From positions 51,894,001 through 51,958,000 of the forward strand of contig OZ241832.1 in the NCBI GenBank assembly GCA_965202585.1: DNA of 64,000 nucleotides, written 5' to 3'. A program made the translations under genes and the position numbers. Origin of the DNA: Thalia democratica. Lineage: Eukaryota. Shown one piece after another: positions 1-12,200 of the stretch. How positions within the stretch are numbered: position 1 is the stretch's first letter; the number at the start of each line of letters is the position of its first letter. Under the pieces are notes generated by a model that was given only the letters and a program-made list of their open reading frames with translations, was not told the origin of the DNA and did no database searches.

Positions 1-3000
1 GAAGTTTTCTAGAATTATGTAATTAAAGCCACATTAGCATTTAATATTTCAGCTTTGTTCATAAATTCAACTACGAAATAGCTAAAAAGTTGAGCAAAAT
101 ACAAAACTGTAATTGTTTACACATACTGACTGTAAAATACAAATAATCGCAGAACTACGTATTTAAATGTTAAGTAATATAGTTCACTGAATCTAAAAAT
201 GTTGTTCAGTTCGACACAGCTTATGTTTTTTTATTATTCACGAAACAAAAAGTGATTAAAATCAGTTCGGAAACTAATATTTTTAACTGGCCACTTAAAA
301 TAGAAAGATTTTGATTTAGAACAGTTGTAAAAAATTTTTGAAATCTATCTTTAAGTAGACTTTTAACTGAAAAAAAAAAGAATCAGATACTGTCGAGTAA
401 CTTTTATGTATGAAATTTATAAACAAAATAGTTGATATTAATCAACTGTTTTATGATAGTAATATTTTTACTTGTTTGTAGAAAATCTACGATAAGCTTT
501 ACTTGACCTTTTTACTCTATGACGTTGGTTTTTGCTTAAACTTACTGTAAATCTTCCAGAAAATGCACTAGAGATGCTAATTAAATGGTTTGGTAAGACT
601 TTGAAAAAAAAAAACATTAGCATATTTTAACAGCTTATTATAAATGTAAAATTCAAAATAATTTTATTCTAACATGTATCAGAAATTGTTGTTGTTATGC
701 TATATGTAAATCTGATTGCAGCAAAGATTAATTTAGTTTATAATTACTAAAAATATTCTAATTAATTTAAGTTTCCTTTAGTTTAAAATAAAACTGTATA
801 CTCTTTTTCAATTAGTTTTTAAGAGTTTAAATAAAGTATTCTTGGTATATCTTTTATACTTTATCAACATGTCCAAAAAAGGAGCTTTAAAAAAAATAGA
901 AATAGAGAATATTTTAAGCAGTTTCAAAATAGTAATACTTAAAATAACTCTCTATGAAGTTTTATATTGTTTAAGTCATTTTACTAAATATAAAAAAATT
1001 TTAAGCCAAATTAGCTGTAAGTAAGACACGCAAATTTATTAAAAAATGTGTAAAAAAATAGTTAGTGTATTAATGTCTACAAAATGCCAGTAGATTACTT
1101 ATATTCACAAAAATTTACAGTTTTGTCACATGTTAGTAATACTGTTGTTTGTGAAACATCTTTCTTAAATAATGTTTCTTTAAAGAAATAATTACGAGAT
1201 TAAAAGCTAATTTAGTAATTTTAAAGATATTTAACCATCTTTTGATATTTAACTAAAGAGAAGTAAGAGAATGGTTTAAAGTTTTAAAGAAATAGTTCTT
1301 AAGGCTATTACTTTAGTTTTATTATGTTTTATTCATGTTTTTAAAAAAATTCGTAAAAAAATTGTTTGTTTCAGTTTTTTTTTAATTTAATTCATAGAAT
1401 GCTGTATTGATTTTAGTTTAAAAATTTTGTACACATTTTTTTCTCTTTTCAAAGTTTTTACTTTTCTTCAAAAATATATCATAATTATAAGATGATAAAT
1501 ATCTTATAAATTTAAATGATTTCCTAGGACTTGGAAGACTTTTTAAATTACAAAAATGAATTTCTAAAAAATTTATTATTTGACTAAAAATATATAGATA
1601 ATTTACTATTAGATTGTTAAACTGTTTTCTTTAGTTAAACCCAGAAAACACTTTATTTTTCCAACTGACTCTAGGCTAGTTAAATTTTATTACTTGAATG
1701 ACAGAAAAAATTACAAATTTTAAGTAAATTTAAGAACTAGGCATTATTTTCTTTAAGAAACTAACGGAATAAATGCAGCTCTAAAAACAAGACAGTATGT
1801 GAAGTAAATAATTTTTACAATACAAGCTTTAATAAATATATATATAAGTAAAATATTTTTATCAATACATCACCGGTTTTAAAAGTATGTCGGTTAGAAA
1901 AATAAGTTAGCTTGAGAAACTGTTAAAAATGATGTGTTTTTAATACTTGCTTTTCTTATTAAACTAGTTTATAATTTTTGCTGGTTTTAAAGTATTTTCA
2001 TAAAACTAGTCTCATATAGTTTCATACTACGAACATTTTTTAATGATAGTACCAATTACAATATAGACTTTCTTAGTGCTACATTGCTTTCACTAATTTA
2101 AGTAAACTGCCTATAAAAAATTAACTTTAGTAAATGTTTTTTTTTATCAATAAATATCTATGTATATGTAAATTTTTAGACTATTTTACCGTAACAGTTT
2201 AAAAAAAACTAAAAAAAAAATTTAGACATCGTTATATAAACTAAAAAAATATATTTCATTATTACCAATGCAGTTTGTTTTTAGTAAAAGTAGTATCTAA
2301 AATAATTAAGTTGCCTAGTATTAAAGAATACCTAGTATTAACTACAATTTACCAAAAAGCTTTTATTTTTATTTGTTACAAAACTGTAGAAATGGGTATA
2401 ATGAAATGTATGAAAAAGAATAAAAAGGACAAAAACTTCATCTTCGACGTCGAAAGCGTGATTGAGCGTCTTTTGAAGCCGGCAGACATGAAGCGGAAAT
2501 GCGGAGTGAAAAAGCGGCTGAAAGTGACCGAGTTGGAAATTGAAGTCATGTGCAAAAAGGTCAGCAACATCCTGATTGGCCAGCCCATGCTGCTCGAGCT
2601 AGAATCCCCCGTGAACGTCTGCGGCGACATCCACGGCCAGTTTAATGATCTGAAGAAGCTCTTCTCGGTCGGAGGGTATCCCCCTTTTCGAAACTACCTC
2701 TTTTTGGGGGATTACGTCGACCGGGGCAAGAACTCGGTCGAAACTTTACTATTATTGATGGCATTCAAAATAAAATTTCCCAAAAATTTTTTCGTCATCA
2801 GGGGCAACCACGAGAGCGATGACGTCAACAAAAGCTACGGCTTCTACGACGAGTGCAAGCGTAAGTACAGCGCAAAAGCGTGGAGAAACTTCAACGACGT
2901 GTTCCGCTGCCTGCCCGTGGCTGCCGTCGTCGCGGGAAAAATATTCTGCTGCCACGGAGGGATTTCCCCCCATCTCGAAACACTCGACCAGATCAGGCAC

Positions 3001-3800
3001 ATCGGCCGGCCGTGCGGCGTGCCGCCGGAAGGCGTGATGAGCGACCTCTTGTGGGCGGATCCCGGCCAACTCGACGGTTTCGTGCCAAATAAAATTCGCG
3101 GGCGTTCGTTCACGTTCGGTACGAGGCAGTTGGAGGAATTTTTGGAGAAGTTCGACTTGGACCTGCTTGTCAGAGGTCACGAGGTTGAGGACTCAGGATT
3201 CAGGTTGTTTGCGGGCGAAAAGGGCGTGACCGTGTTTTCCGCCCCCAACTACTGCGGTTGCCGCGGCAACCGCGGGGCCTTCATGATTGTCGACGAGGAA
3301 TTGAGGTGCCGGTTTAAAATATTTGAATCGGAAGTAAAAACAAAGTAAAAATAGTTTTTATTCGGAGCTTAAAAGTTTTTCTTCTAATTCTATTTCTTTG
3401 TTTAAAATTTTTTAGATGTTTTTAAAAATTAATTTAAAACAATGAACTTAGAAATAAGTGCTACTTATATTTTTGTAAGGCAAAACTTCTAGATCATTAA
3501 TAAATAAAAAATTTAACGTTTTACAATATATGTTTTTTCTTATTTAATTAAAAAAATGAATTTTGTTTTCATATATATATTTTTTTTTAATTGCATCAGA
3601 TAAATTAATATTTTTTTAAAAAAATTTATTTTGTTTTTTAATTAATAGTATATAAATACATCAACATATAAGCTTTTAAGTATTGTAGTGCTGAAGTGAT
3701 TACACAACAACGGTTCTTTAGTCATGTGTTTGAATATTTAGTACTTTTTTTTTCTATTAATAAAATAAATTTTATTAACTTATTTGCTAAAATCTAAGAT
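1..3800. repeat. Left arm of an inverted segmental duplication (partner about 15950-23500)
   Basis: Manual alignment. 1-300 matches the reverse complement of about 23231-23500. 300-565 matches rc of 17175-17444 (e.g. tgttttatgatagtaata vs tgttttataatagtaata). 2746-3348 matches rc of the PP1 pseudogene. 3440-3530 matches rc of about 16400-16560. The outer ends are approximate. Confidence 0.8.
2392..3348 (+). CDS. Intronless divergent serine/threonine protein phosphatase PP1-like catalytic subunit (probable retrogene)
   Basis: Continuous ORF with the PPP motifs GDIHG, GDYVDRG, RGNHE, HGG, RGHE and SAPNYCG. The first ATG is at 2392 (the track's 2275 start is a TTG). There are no introns, unlike the neighbouring genes, and no C-terminal TPPR tail. 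Confidence 0.93.
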   Translation: MGIMKCMKKNKKDKNFIFDVESVIERLLKPADMKRKCGVKKRLKVTELEIEVMCKKVSNILIGQPMLLELESPVNVCGDIHGQFNDLKKLFSVGGYPPFRNYLFLGDYVDRGKNSVETLLLLMAFKIKFPKNFFVIRGNHESDDVNKSYGFYDECKRKYSAKAWRNFNDVFRCLPVAAVVAGKIFCCHGGISPHLETLDQIRHIGRPCGVPPEGVMSDLLWADPGQLDGFVPNKIRGRSFTFGTRQLEEFLEKFDLDLLVRGHEVEDSGFRLFAGEKGVTVFSAPNYCGCRGNRGAFMIVDEELRCRFKIFESEVKTK

Positions 3801-4409
3801 GGTAGTATGCATTTAAACTAGTTTTGTATTTCAATGTATTAGTAGTTTCTGTTCATGAATATAAGATATTGGAATCTGGATATACAATGTACTTTTGATA
3901 GATGTACAAACCTTCACAATGTAGTTTTACAAATTAAAAGTCACAATAGCAAACATCAATAACTATACACTTTTTTTTGTTTAATGTGCATGGAAATTTC
4001 ATTAAAATATAAACAAAACATACACTGATGAGGTTTATAAAAGTCTTATTTAAAAAAAAATCTAAAAGTTGTAATTTTGTTGCAAAAAGTAAAAACTTTA
4101 CAAAATCTTATTTAAAAAAAAAACTGATAATTTTTTTTAGTATTAATATTTAAAAGTTTTAGTTTAAACTTTAAGATCTATGCATGTGATCGCTTAAGTT
4201 TTTGAAAATTTCTTAAAGGTTTGTTTTTTAAACTTTAATACTTTGAACGTCAGCTAAGTTTAACAAACTTTTAATAAATCAGAAAAAAATATGTATAAAC
4301 ATTGGATTGTTAAAGTTTTAAAAATTTATAAAAGATAAATGCTTAAAGTTTTCTCTACTATTCGGAGAGGAATAACAACATTAAGAATACCGAGGTTTTA
4401 TACAAACCT

Positions 4410-7038
4410 TTATAATGAACTCAAAACTAAAACAACAATCCAAAGTAACAAAAGTACATAGTTGTATTTTAACGGATTGGAAGAATTATCTGTGTCTTCG
4501 TTTAAGTCGTCATCAGCGAGCAATCCATTTTGACGGATGAGAATTTCGTCAATTGTTTTCACGTTGCAGTGATCGTTTTCACAACAGACTGCGTCGCATT
4601 CTCTGTTATTAAAAACAATTTTTTGAAATCTATATCAAACTTTGAAAAGATACGAATGAGCTGTGTCATACAATCATGTACGTACAAGGTATAAAAAATT
4701 TGAATAGTTTTATTTAACTTACAGAATTATTAAAAATTTTCTTAGTTTTTCAGTAGAAAATGGTTTTATTTGATTAAAAAAATTCTATTTGAATTAGATT
4801 TATTTAAGCACTGACGAGGTCTTTGACCGAAACTTAGTTTGTAAAATAAAGTCTTGAAAGAATAAATTCACTATTTATCCTTTAGTAGTTGAGATCTTTT
4901 TTTTTTGTTTTCTAAAAATCAAAACATATAATAGAAAATGGTAATTAAACTTTCTACTTAAACCGTATCATACAAATTAAGCCTAAACTAAAAACTTTTA
5001 CAAGTATATACAAAAATTGCAATGTTTTCTTTGAACAGCTTTAATGAAAAGCATTAATTAATAAAAAAGATCTGTAGTTATGCAAAAAGTATAAGCAAAA
5101 AATATTATAAATTGACTTACATAAACTGATGATGCTGAAAATCGTGCTTGTGAAATTTTTCTCCTGTAAGATTTGTTAACTTCTGACAGTGCAAATTAGT
5201 GCAGTGTTCCTCCACAGTACAGTAACCAAATGTCCATTGAACTGTCATAAAATTATTCTTAATGAAAGAATTTAAAGAGAGTGCGCGTCAAAAAGTTGAT
5301 TGTATGAAATATATACATACTTTAAAAATAAAGATAATGCATGTGTTTGTTATTAATAATTAGGCATAAACATCATTAATTCTATGTTTTCTATACATTT
5401 GCATAACATATGTGTATAACAAATTTTCTCCGTTTGGACGCTAAGGAATGAACTTGTTAACATAGTTTTAAAGTAGTTACAATTTGTTAATTGATGCTAT
5501 GACTATTTAAATTTTTTTTTTTACAATATCAGACTTAAGAACAAATTTAGGTATACACTAGCTTATAATGTAACTTAAAGAAAAACATTTCTAGTAGAAT
5601 CTTTATTCAATAAATTTGGTTTGATGGTTGAAGTTTAGCGTCAAGCTTAAATAGTTCATTTAGGACTGTTTGATTTTTACTTTGTAAAGTTTTAGATTTT
5701 CTACTGACAAAAATACAGTTTTTTATACAAATATTTTTTAAAATAAGTTTAAGTCAGTAGAAAACATAAAAAAAAACATTCAGAATCTTTTGAAAAACTG
5801 TGTTTTGGAAGTGTTCTATGAATTTTTATTAATCAAAATGTTAAACTAAGTTCGACATTTGTAGCAAGCAATTTCTTTCAATGTAACACAAGCAACTGAA
5901 ACAAAAAATTACACTTAATGAAAGTTTCTTGCACGTTTCACTAATGTTCCCATGCCAACTCTGCAGAAAACACGCAAAATCTTGTCTTTTTGCCAAAATT
6001 AACAAAATTGCTTCTGCCCGACGACTTATGAAAAATCCCCTCAATTAAGAGTCGTGACGACTCGGGGCATTTTGCAGCAGCAATTTAACCACGAGTCGTG
6101 TGTGAAAATTTATGAAACGTAAACAAGAAGCTGGAGGCTTCCGTCGAGTGTTAGAGGCGTGAAAATTAATCTGATCAACAGAGTCGCGCTTACGTAGGTA
6201 GGATGCAAATAGCACAACCCGATTAATTCGATCTGATGTTTGTTTGAATAACGAAGTTTGAAAATTTTTCGGGCGATATTCTTTAATGTCTATGTTTACA
6301 CATATTCTACAATGAAATAGTAAATAAAAAGTTTGTACTGTACAATATTTGTGCTACAAAAAATTTAAAAAATGACTATAGGTAATTAAAAAACATTGAT
6401 TTACTTGTTTAATACTATTTTATAATAAAATTTTAAAACTTTAGTTTTGGTTTAGTTTGATTTTTTTATTTCGTAAAAATAGGAAACTTGTTCGAAGTAA
6501 AGTATAATATATTGATATGATAAAATTTAGTTGAAACAAATTTAATCTAGTGACCTACTAATGTAAAAAAAAATTATTTGTATAATATTTTTAGTGTATT
6601 AATATTATAGTAAACATAGACTTATAAAACTCTTAAGTTTAATAGTTTTTCAAATGTTAAAAATATTGAGTGTAAAATATATTGCTTTGTACTTAACAAA
6701 ATAAATAAAGTCAAGCACAATAAAAATATTACACCAAATATACAAGCTTTTTCTTGCTTACAAAATTCAAAGTAAATTTGGTAAAACCAACTTCGTAAAA
6801 ACTTCTAACTAAAACAAATCTTACCGTCGAAGTGTCCGGCTGATTTTGAAAACACATTTGCCCTGACGCACTTGTTTTCAGTGGGACCACATTCTTCTGT
6901 CAGGTTGTACGCAACTTCTGGCGGGATAAAAACTGATTTGACATCAAGGATCTTCTGACATTTCAGCCCGTTTACAAAGCTCTTTTCTAACAGACTCGAA
7001 AAGCTTGAAAGCAACGCTAGTAGCAAACTAAATTTCAT
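4410..7038 (-). CDS. Ly6/uPAR (three-finger, Quiver/Sleepless-like) secreted protein with GPI-anchor-like C-terminus, 175 aa; exons 7038-6825, 5241-5121, 4602-4410
   Basis: Three exons join in frame (phase 1, then phase 2) with GT-AG sites. The product has a signal peptide (MKFSLLLALL...), 10 Cys ending in the LU signature CCENDHCN, then DNSS and a hydrophobic end (YVLLLLWIVVLVLSSL*). Confidence 0.88.
4799..4850 (+). ncRNA. Minimal type I hammerhead ribozyme motif (Penelope-pLTR type)
   Basis: CTGACGA (4811-4817), stem II GGTC-TTT-GACC, GAAA, stem III ACT-T-AGT, cleavage triplet GTT, and an interrupted stem I (TTTATTT..GCA / TGT..AAATAAA). Confidence 0.75.
5850..6290. promoter_or_regulatory. 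GC-enriched intronic island, candidate cis-regulatory element
   Basis: Non-coding island in Ly6 intron 1 with an octamer ATGCAAAT (6203-6210), several TAAT/ATTA cores and the palindrome GAGTCG-TGA-CGACTC (6049-6063). Confidence 0.35.
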
Positions 7039-9262
7039 ATTCGGTGCTAAAATTTCTGCAAAATAAATTGAATATTGATTTGACAAATATACTGAAACAT
7101 AAAACTAACGTTTTAATAACTCATTTTTTCAAAAGAGCACAGTTTTTCTTACACTATGAATGAAACAAATGTAAGAAGTGTATAATATCTAACTATTTGA
7201 TCGAAAAAATAAAAAGTGAACAGAAAATTATACTCTCTAATAATAGTAATGTTGCGCGTATCTAAGACTTAACATCCCTTGTTTTTATTACACTATGCAG
7301 GTCCAAAGCAATTTTACATGAAAACACACGAAAAACGTGCGCCACACTCACATGGTCTGATTTTGTGATCAGTTGAATATCTTATAAACATGCCGTGGTT
7401 TGTTTTTCCTCTGCTTCTCTCTTGGCGGTTTAATTCAACTTCTTATAAACAATAAGCTGTTCGATTTAAACTTTCGCGTTTTAATCAAGTTTATTGATGA
7501 GCTTTGTGGTTAAAATAAAAGTTACTGATGAATTATTTAAATAACTTTTTCAAGTTCATTGATACATTTTTCAAGCCTTTGTAGACCCTTGTTTACCACA
7601 CCAAAACATTTATTTTGTTTAAGTTGTTATTAAAAAAAGTTAAGTTAACTAGCTTTTTTGATTCTTGAATTAGAAATCGTGAAGTATTTAACAAGCACAT
7701 TATTTTTTTTCAGTAAACGAAATAATTTACTATTATTTACTACTGAATAAAAATACATTTTTTACATTAGTTATTTTTTAATGTTTTTGTTTTTGCAATA
7801 ACAATATTGAAAAACTATAGTAAAACTTTTTTATTACCAGCTAATTTTAAATTATTTGCATTATATAAAAAAGATTTTAACAATAATCTACGTGAAACTT
7901 TACACCATATGCAAAAGAATATTTAGAAAAAAAGGTTTTAACTCTGAAAATACTATCAGTATTTTTTTACGATAGATTTACGTATAACATATGTTATTGT
8001 ATTTGAAATTTAGTTGGTAATAAAATGTATAAAATAAACTACAAAGTGAAGATCGTACTTAATCTTTACAAGATAAAGTACTTCTAAACGGGAAACAAAA
8101 TTCTTTATGTTTTTCCGTTTGTTAAACTTACTTAAAATAAAATTCACAAAATTCAAAGTTACCATTGTTGAACTTAAAAGAATTAAAAAATGTGATAGTC
8201 ATCCAAACTATAATAACATTTTCTATAAACTTGTAGGGTTACTAAATGTGATTGAAATAGTTTTTTGTACTTTTAAAAACTGTAACTAAATCAAATAAAA
8301 CAAGAGACTGTGGTTTATATGAAAATATATAAAATATATAACTACATTAAAAAAAAATAACTTGCAGATAAACTTAAAAAACTGACTTAATTTCGTTTTT
8401 GGTAGATCTAATGTATGTTTTATTATGAATTTACAGCTTATATTTTTAAATGTTCTAAATTAAGTTCGACTCTATTTAAGTAACTTTTTTTTAATGTGAG
8501 CTCTATTTGAGGAAAAAGCTATAGAATCTTATTTTGCTGAAAGTTCTTTCACAAATTTTCTAAACTATTGTAATATAGTACTTTAATTTCGTTCTATTAA
8601 AACCCTAGTCGCTTTGAGTAAAAATCTTATTCCAAACTAAATAACTAAAAAATGTAACTTTATTTGTTTTAATGTCTTAAACAATTGATTTTTTATACCA
8701 AAGTAATCTTTTAACATGTTTAGTTTTGAACAACTAAAAACATTTTTTGCGGTTAAACACAAATCTTAAACTTATTTTAAACGATACTTTGTTCTGTACC
8801 TTAATTTAGTTTTACCAACTGCACTCAATCTTTATATTAATTTAGAGAATTAGGACCTACAAAAAAAATTTCTTAACTATTGAATATATTTAGTTTTTAA
8901 CATATCATCAATAGTAGACAGTACTAATAATCTTAGACAAAAATACATCAAACCAAGGATGAAGTTTATCTTTATAAAACTTACTCATATGCGGTTTTAA
9001 GATATTATTTTTTTCTGTAGGTTTTAAATCTAAAATTCTAATTAGTTTTTATGTTGCTCCTTGTGTTCAAGAATACTATATTTATACAAATGCTTAGGAG
9101 TATTTCTACTTGCGCATTAAATTCTAATTTATCACCTAGCCTAAGGCTACGCTGCCATACAAAGAATACTGACATTGAAAATTACTTTGAAGCAAAAGCA
9201 AAGTTGTGAACTAAGTTTTATTTTGAAACAAGATTTCAAACATTATTGATAAAGATGCAAGC

Positions 9263-12200
9263 ATGAAATACATTTTGGTGATAGTTTCAGTTTTAATTAT
9301 TAAATGCACTGCTTCAGAAAAGAAAGATGTATCCTTTCTGAATTTAAACTACGTTGAAAATGTAAAGTATTCAGCTGGAAACTCTTGGAAAGATGGTTTT
9401 AGTGTAAGTTTTTTTTTTCATACATTATAAAAAGTTTGTTTAAAAACATTAAGTAACTTATTATTTATTTTTACTTACGTTTGTTTTTTTTTATTGAACT
9501 TAGTTAAAGAAAAATTAAACCAAGTCTTTCAACTTTAATCAACTATTTTGTATTAGTTATAGCTGTATTCGAAGTTTTTGAGGTTAGGTAACAAAAACTA
9601 AAATAGTTTAAATTAACTAAAAGTCTTTTTTATCATTAATTTAATTTACAAAAATATTTTGATAAAATCAGGCTAAAACTTTTAATTTGAACTTAAGTTT
9701 ATTTTCTTTTAACTTTTATGCAAGTTTTAAACTTAGTAAAGTTGTTTTAGTGAACTTTTTTGCCGTTAGTCAAAATGTGTTCGAAAAGGTAAAGTTGAGC
9801 AGATTATTTTTAAGTTTAGCTTGTTGAGTACTTGTATATCATAAAAAATTTAGTGCAGTTAATGATAAAACCTACTAAAGTTTATAGACAGTTTCATAGC
9901 AAGACTTTGATAATTGAAAATTAAATTTAGTTACATATAAATTAACCAAACATATTCCAACAACTGTTTTTTTTACAAATCTTTACTTGTATAACATTTT
10001 ATTTTAAGTGTTTTGAAAAATAATTCTAAAAACTTTAAACGACATATAAAATTATTTCAAACAAGTAATTTTAAAACATTCAAAACAGGGTCAGCTTGAG
10101 TTTACATTGACAAGGACTGTATTCTACTGGACAATCACTTTCATATACGAAGGTCAACTATCAGATTTGAACGTGAGTTTTAACAACAAAAACTTTCGGT
10201 TAAGTTCAAAAAAATTTGAGTCAATCTGAGAAAAACCTTGTGGTTTTCAAAGAAGTAATCTCGTAATGACGTGTGAAAGTGCAAAAGTTTTGCGTTAATC
10301 CTCTGTAATTTTTATACTTTTACGTACTTTTTAAGATTGAATTAAAGTGATGATCAGTGATTAACTGCATGTGTTTAAGGATGTTTATGTTAATCTTGAA
10401 ACTTAATTTACATAAGTAAAATAAACTGTGAAACTGAGTTTAAAAAACAAAAAGTTTAAGTTTAAGAAATTAATGTACTTTTGCCTACAATTTAAAATTG
10501 TCAACAGATTACAAAACTTAGCTTGATAAACATACATCTTTGCTGTATTTTAAAAGTTTTAAGTGTGATAAAAGCATAAAATTCAGAATAAAACACATTC
10601 TTACACAATTATATAAAATATACAAATATCAAGCTGTACTACTATAACTATACAACTACTTTTTACTGTTGGCCTATATAGGATTCTCAGGATTTTCCAG
10701 TGTTTTTATACATTTAATAAGTCTTACTTACCATGTTGAGAAAGTACCACTTTTTTTAGTCATTACTTTTACAAAATTAAATCATTTTTTAACATTTTAT
10801 GCTTACAGACTTTGATACTTTAAAATAGCTCAATGATTTTATGATTTTTTAATTGTTTGTTTATTAACAAAACTTTACTTATAACCATTCGCTGTTATAC
10901 TAATCTTTTGTAGATTATACTTAATTTTTTTTTTCTTATCTTTAATAATTATCATTACAGTTTTACAATGGAGACATTCAAACCATCAGCGCTGGGCTCG
11001 GAAGTTCCGAGTTTCACTTCAAAAACAAGGAGTACAACGGAAGACTCGAAAAAGGTTCAACCCAAAAGGTTTTATTCCAAAAAAATCATTCATTACTGTA
11101 AAAAAATAATCTTATTACCTTACAACTAAATTACGTTAGAATATATGTATGACAAAAAATTTGGAAATAAAAAGCTATAAAAACTAAAAAAATTAGTTTG
11201 ACTTCATGGGTCTATTTCCTGCCGACGGTTCGGACAATCCCACGGTGCCTCCTGTGGAGATCTGGTTCCGAGGCAAGGTCATCTACAGGGAAGGAGGAGT
11301 CGTGAGAACCACCCTGTCACCCGAGGTTACAAGGAGAACAACTGACATGCAATACGTGCTTGACCTGTTAGTTTGATTGAGCAAAGATTGCACACAAATG
11401 CATAGTTGGTTGAATAAGCAAGAAAGCATATGTTTTTATGCGTAGAGTGCGGTTTCTTAATATGAGATTGATCCTTTTTCCACATTTGCAGAAAAATAAA
11501 TCTATGATTTTAACGCACAGAATAAGGAACAACAAAATGCCAACCTTGCCCACCACGACGAAGGGAACAACGAAAAGGACCACAACAACGGAAGCTACAA
11601 CCGAAGCGACAACGACCACGACGGAGCGAGAAGAAAGAAGCAGCAGCACGATGTCTAGCGAGCAGATCAAGAAGCACCGTGAAGTCTGCAACGTCCTGAT
11701 AAAAGTGGCCAAGGCCGCAAACATTTCAATCAACTCGACGGTGCTCCAAAACTGCAACAAGAGCTTTGACGCGACAACATCGAACTCAACTGAAAACCAA
11801 GGAGGGGTTCAAACAACAACGACACCGAAAACGAAACCGACCACTTTAAAAACGACCACCACCCCTGAACCCAAGACCAGGCCGCCGTTTTGGGGCCCGT
11901 TCCAGTACAAGAACCTGGTGCTGGGGACGAGGTACAGCTACGAGCACGCCCTCCACCTGTCCTCCATGTTCTTCGAGGCGCAGAAGTCGGGAAGGCTGCC
12001 CAGGGACAACAGGATCGCGTGGCGGGGAAACTCGGCGCTGAGGGACAAGGCGGGGGGAGGGCAGAGTTTAGTGGGTGAGTGCTTTTAATTAAAATATTTT
12101 TTATTTAGATATCCAAACATAGAAAATATCGAAAAATATTTTTGATGTTGTTATAAAAATGCGCGTTTCTTCATCGTCCACGTTTTATACTTTTTTGGTA

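Noticed and set aside
546-576. Possible minus-strand microexon (AG|...|GTAAGT)
   Set aside because: No partner exons are visible, and the donor is not conserved in the duplicated arm.
2275-2391. 39-aa N-terminal extension of the PP1 ORF
   Set aside because: It starts at TTG in AT-rich DNA, and an acceptor-like AG sits just before the ATG at 2392.
2376-3180. Several overlapping ORFs on both strands within the PP1-like gene (and 16858-17160, 11368-12078, 30507-30979, 60042-60395)
   Set aside because: Shadow frames of GC-rich true exons with no independent motifs.
5841-6044. Cys-containing ORF as an extra Ly6 exon
   Set aside because: Its open frame needs a phase-0 acceptor but exon 1 ends in phase 1, and the phase-1 frame hits a stop. 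The LU domain is complete without it.
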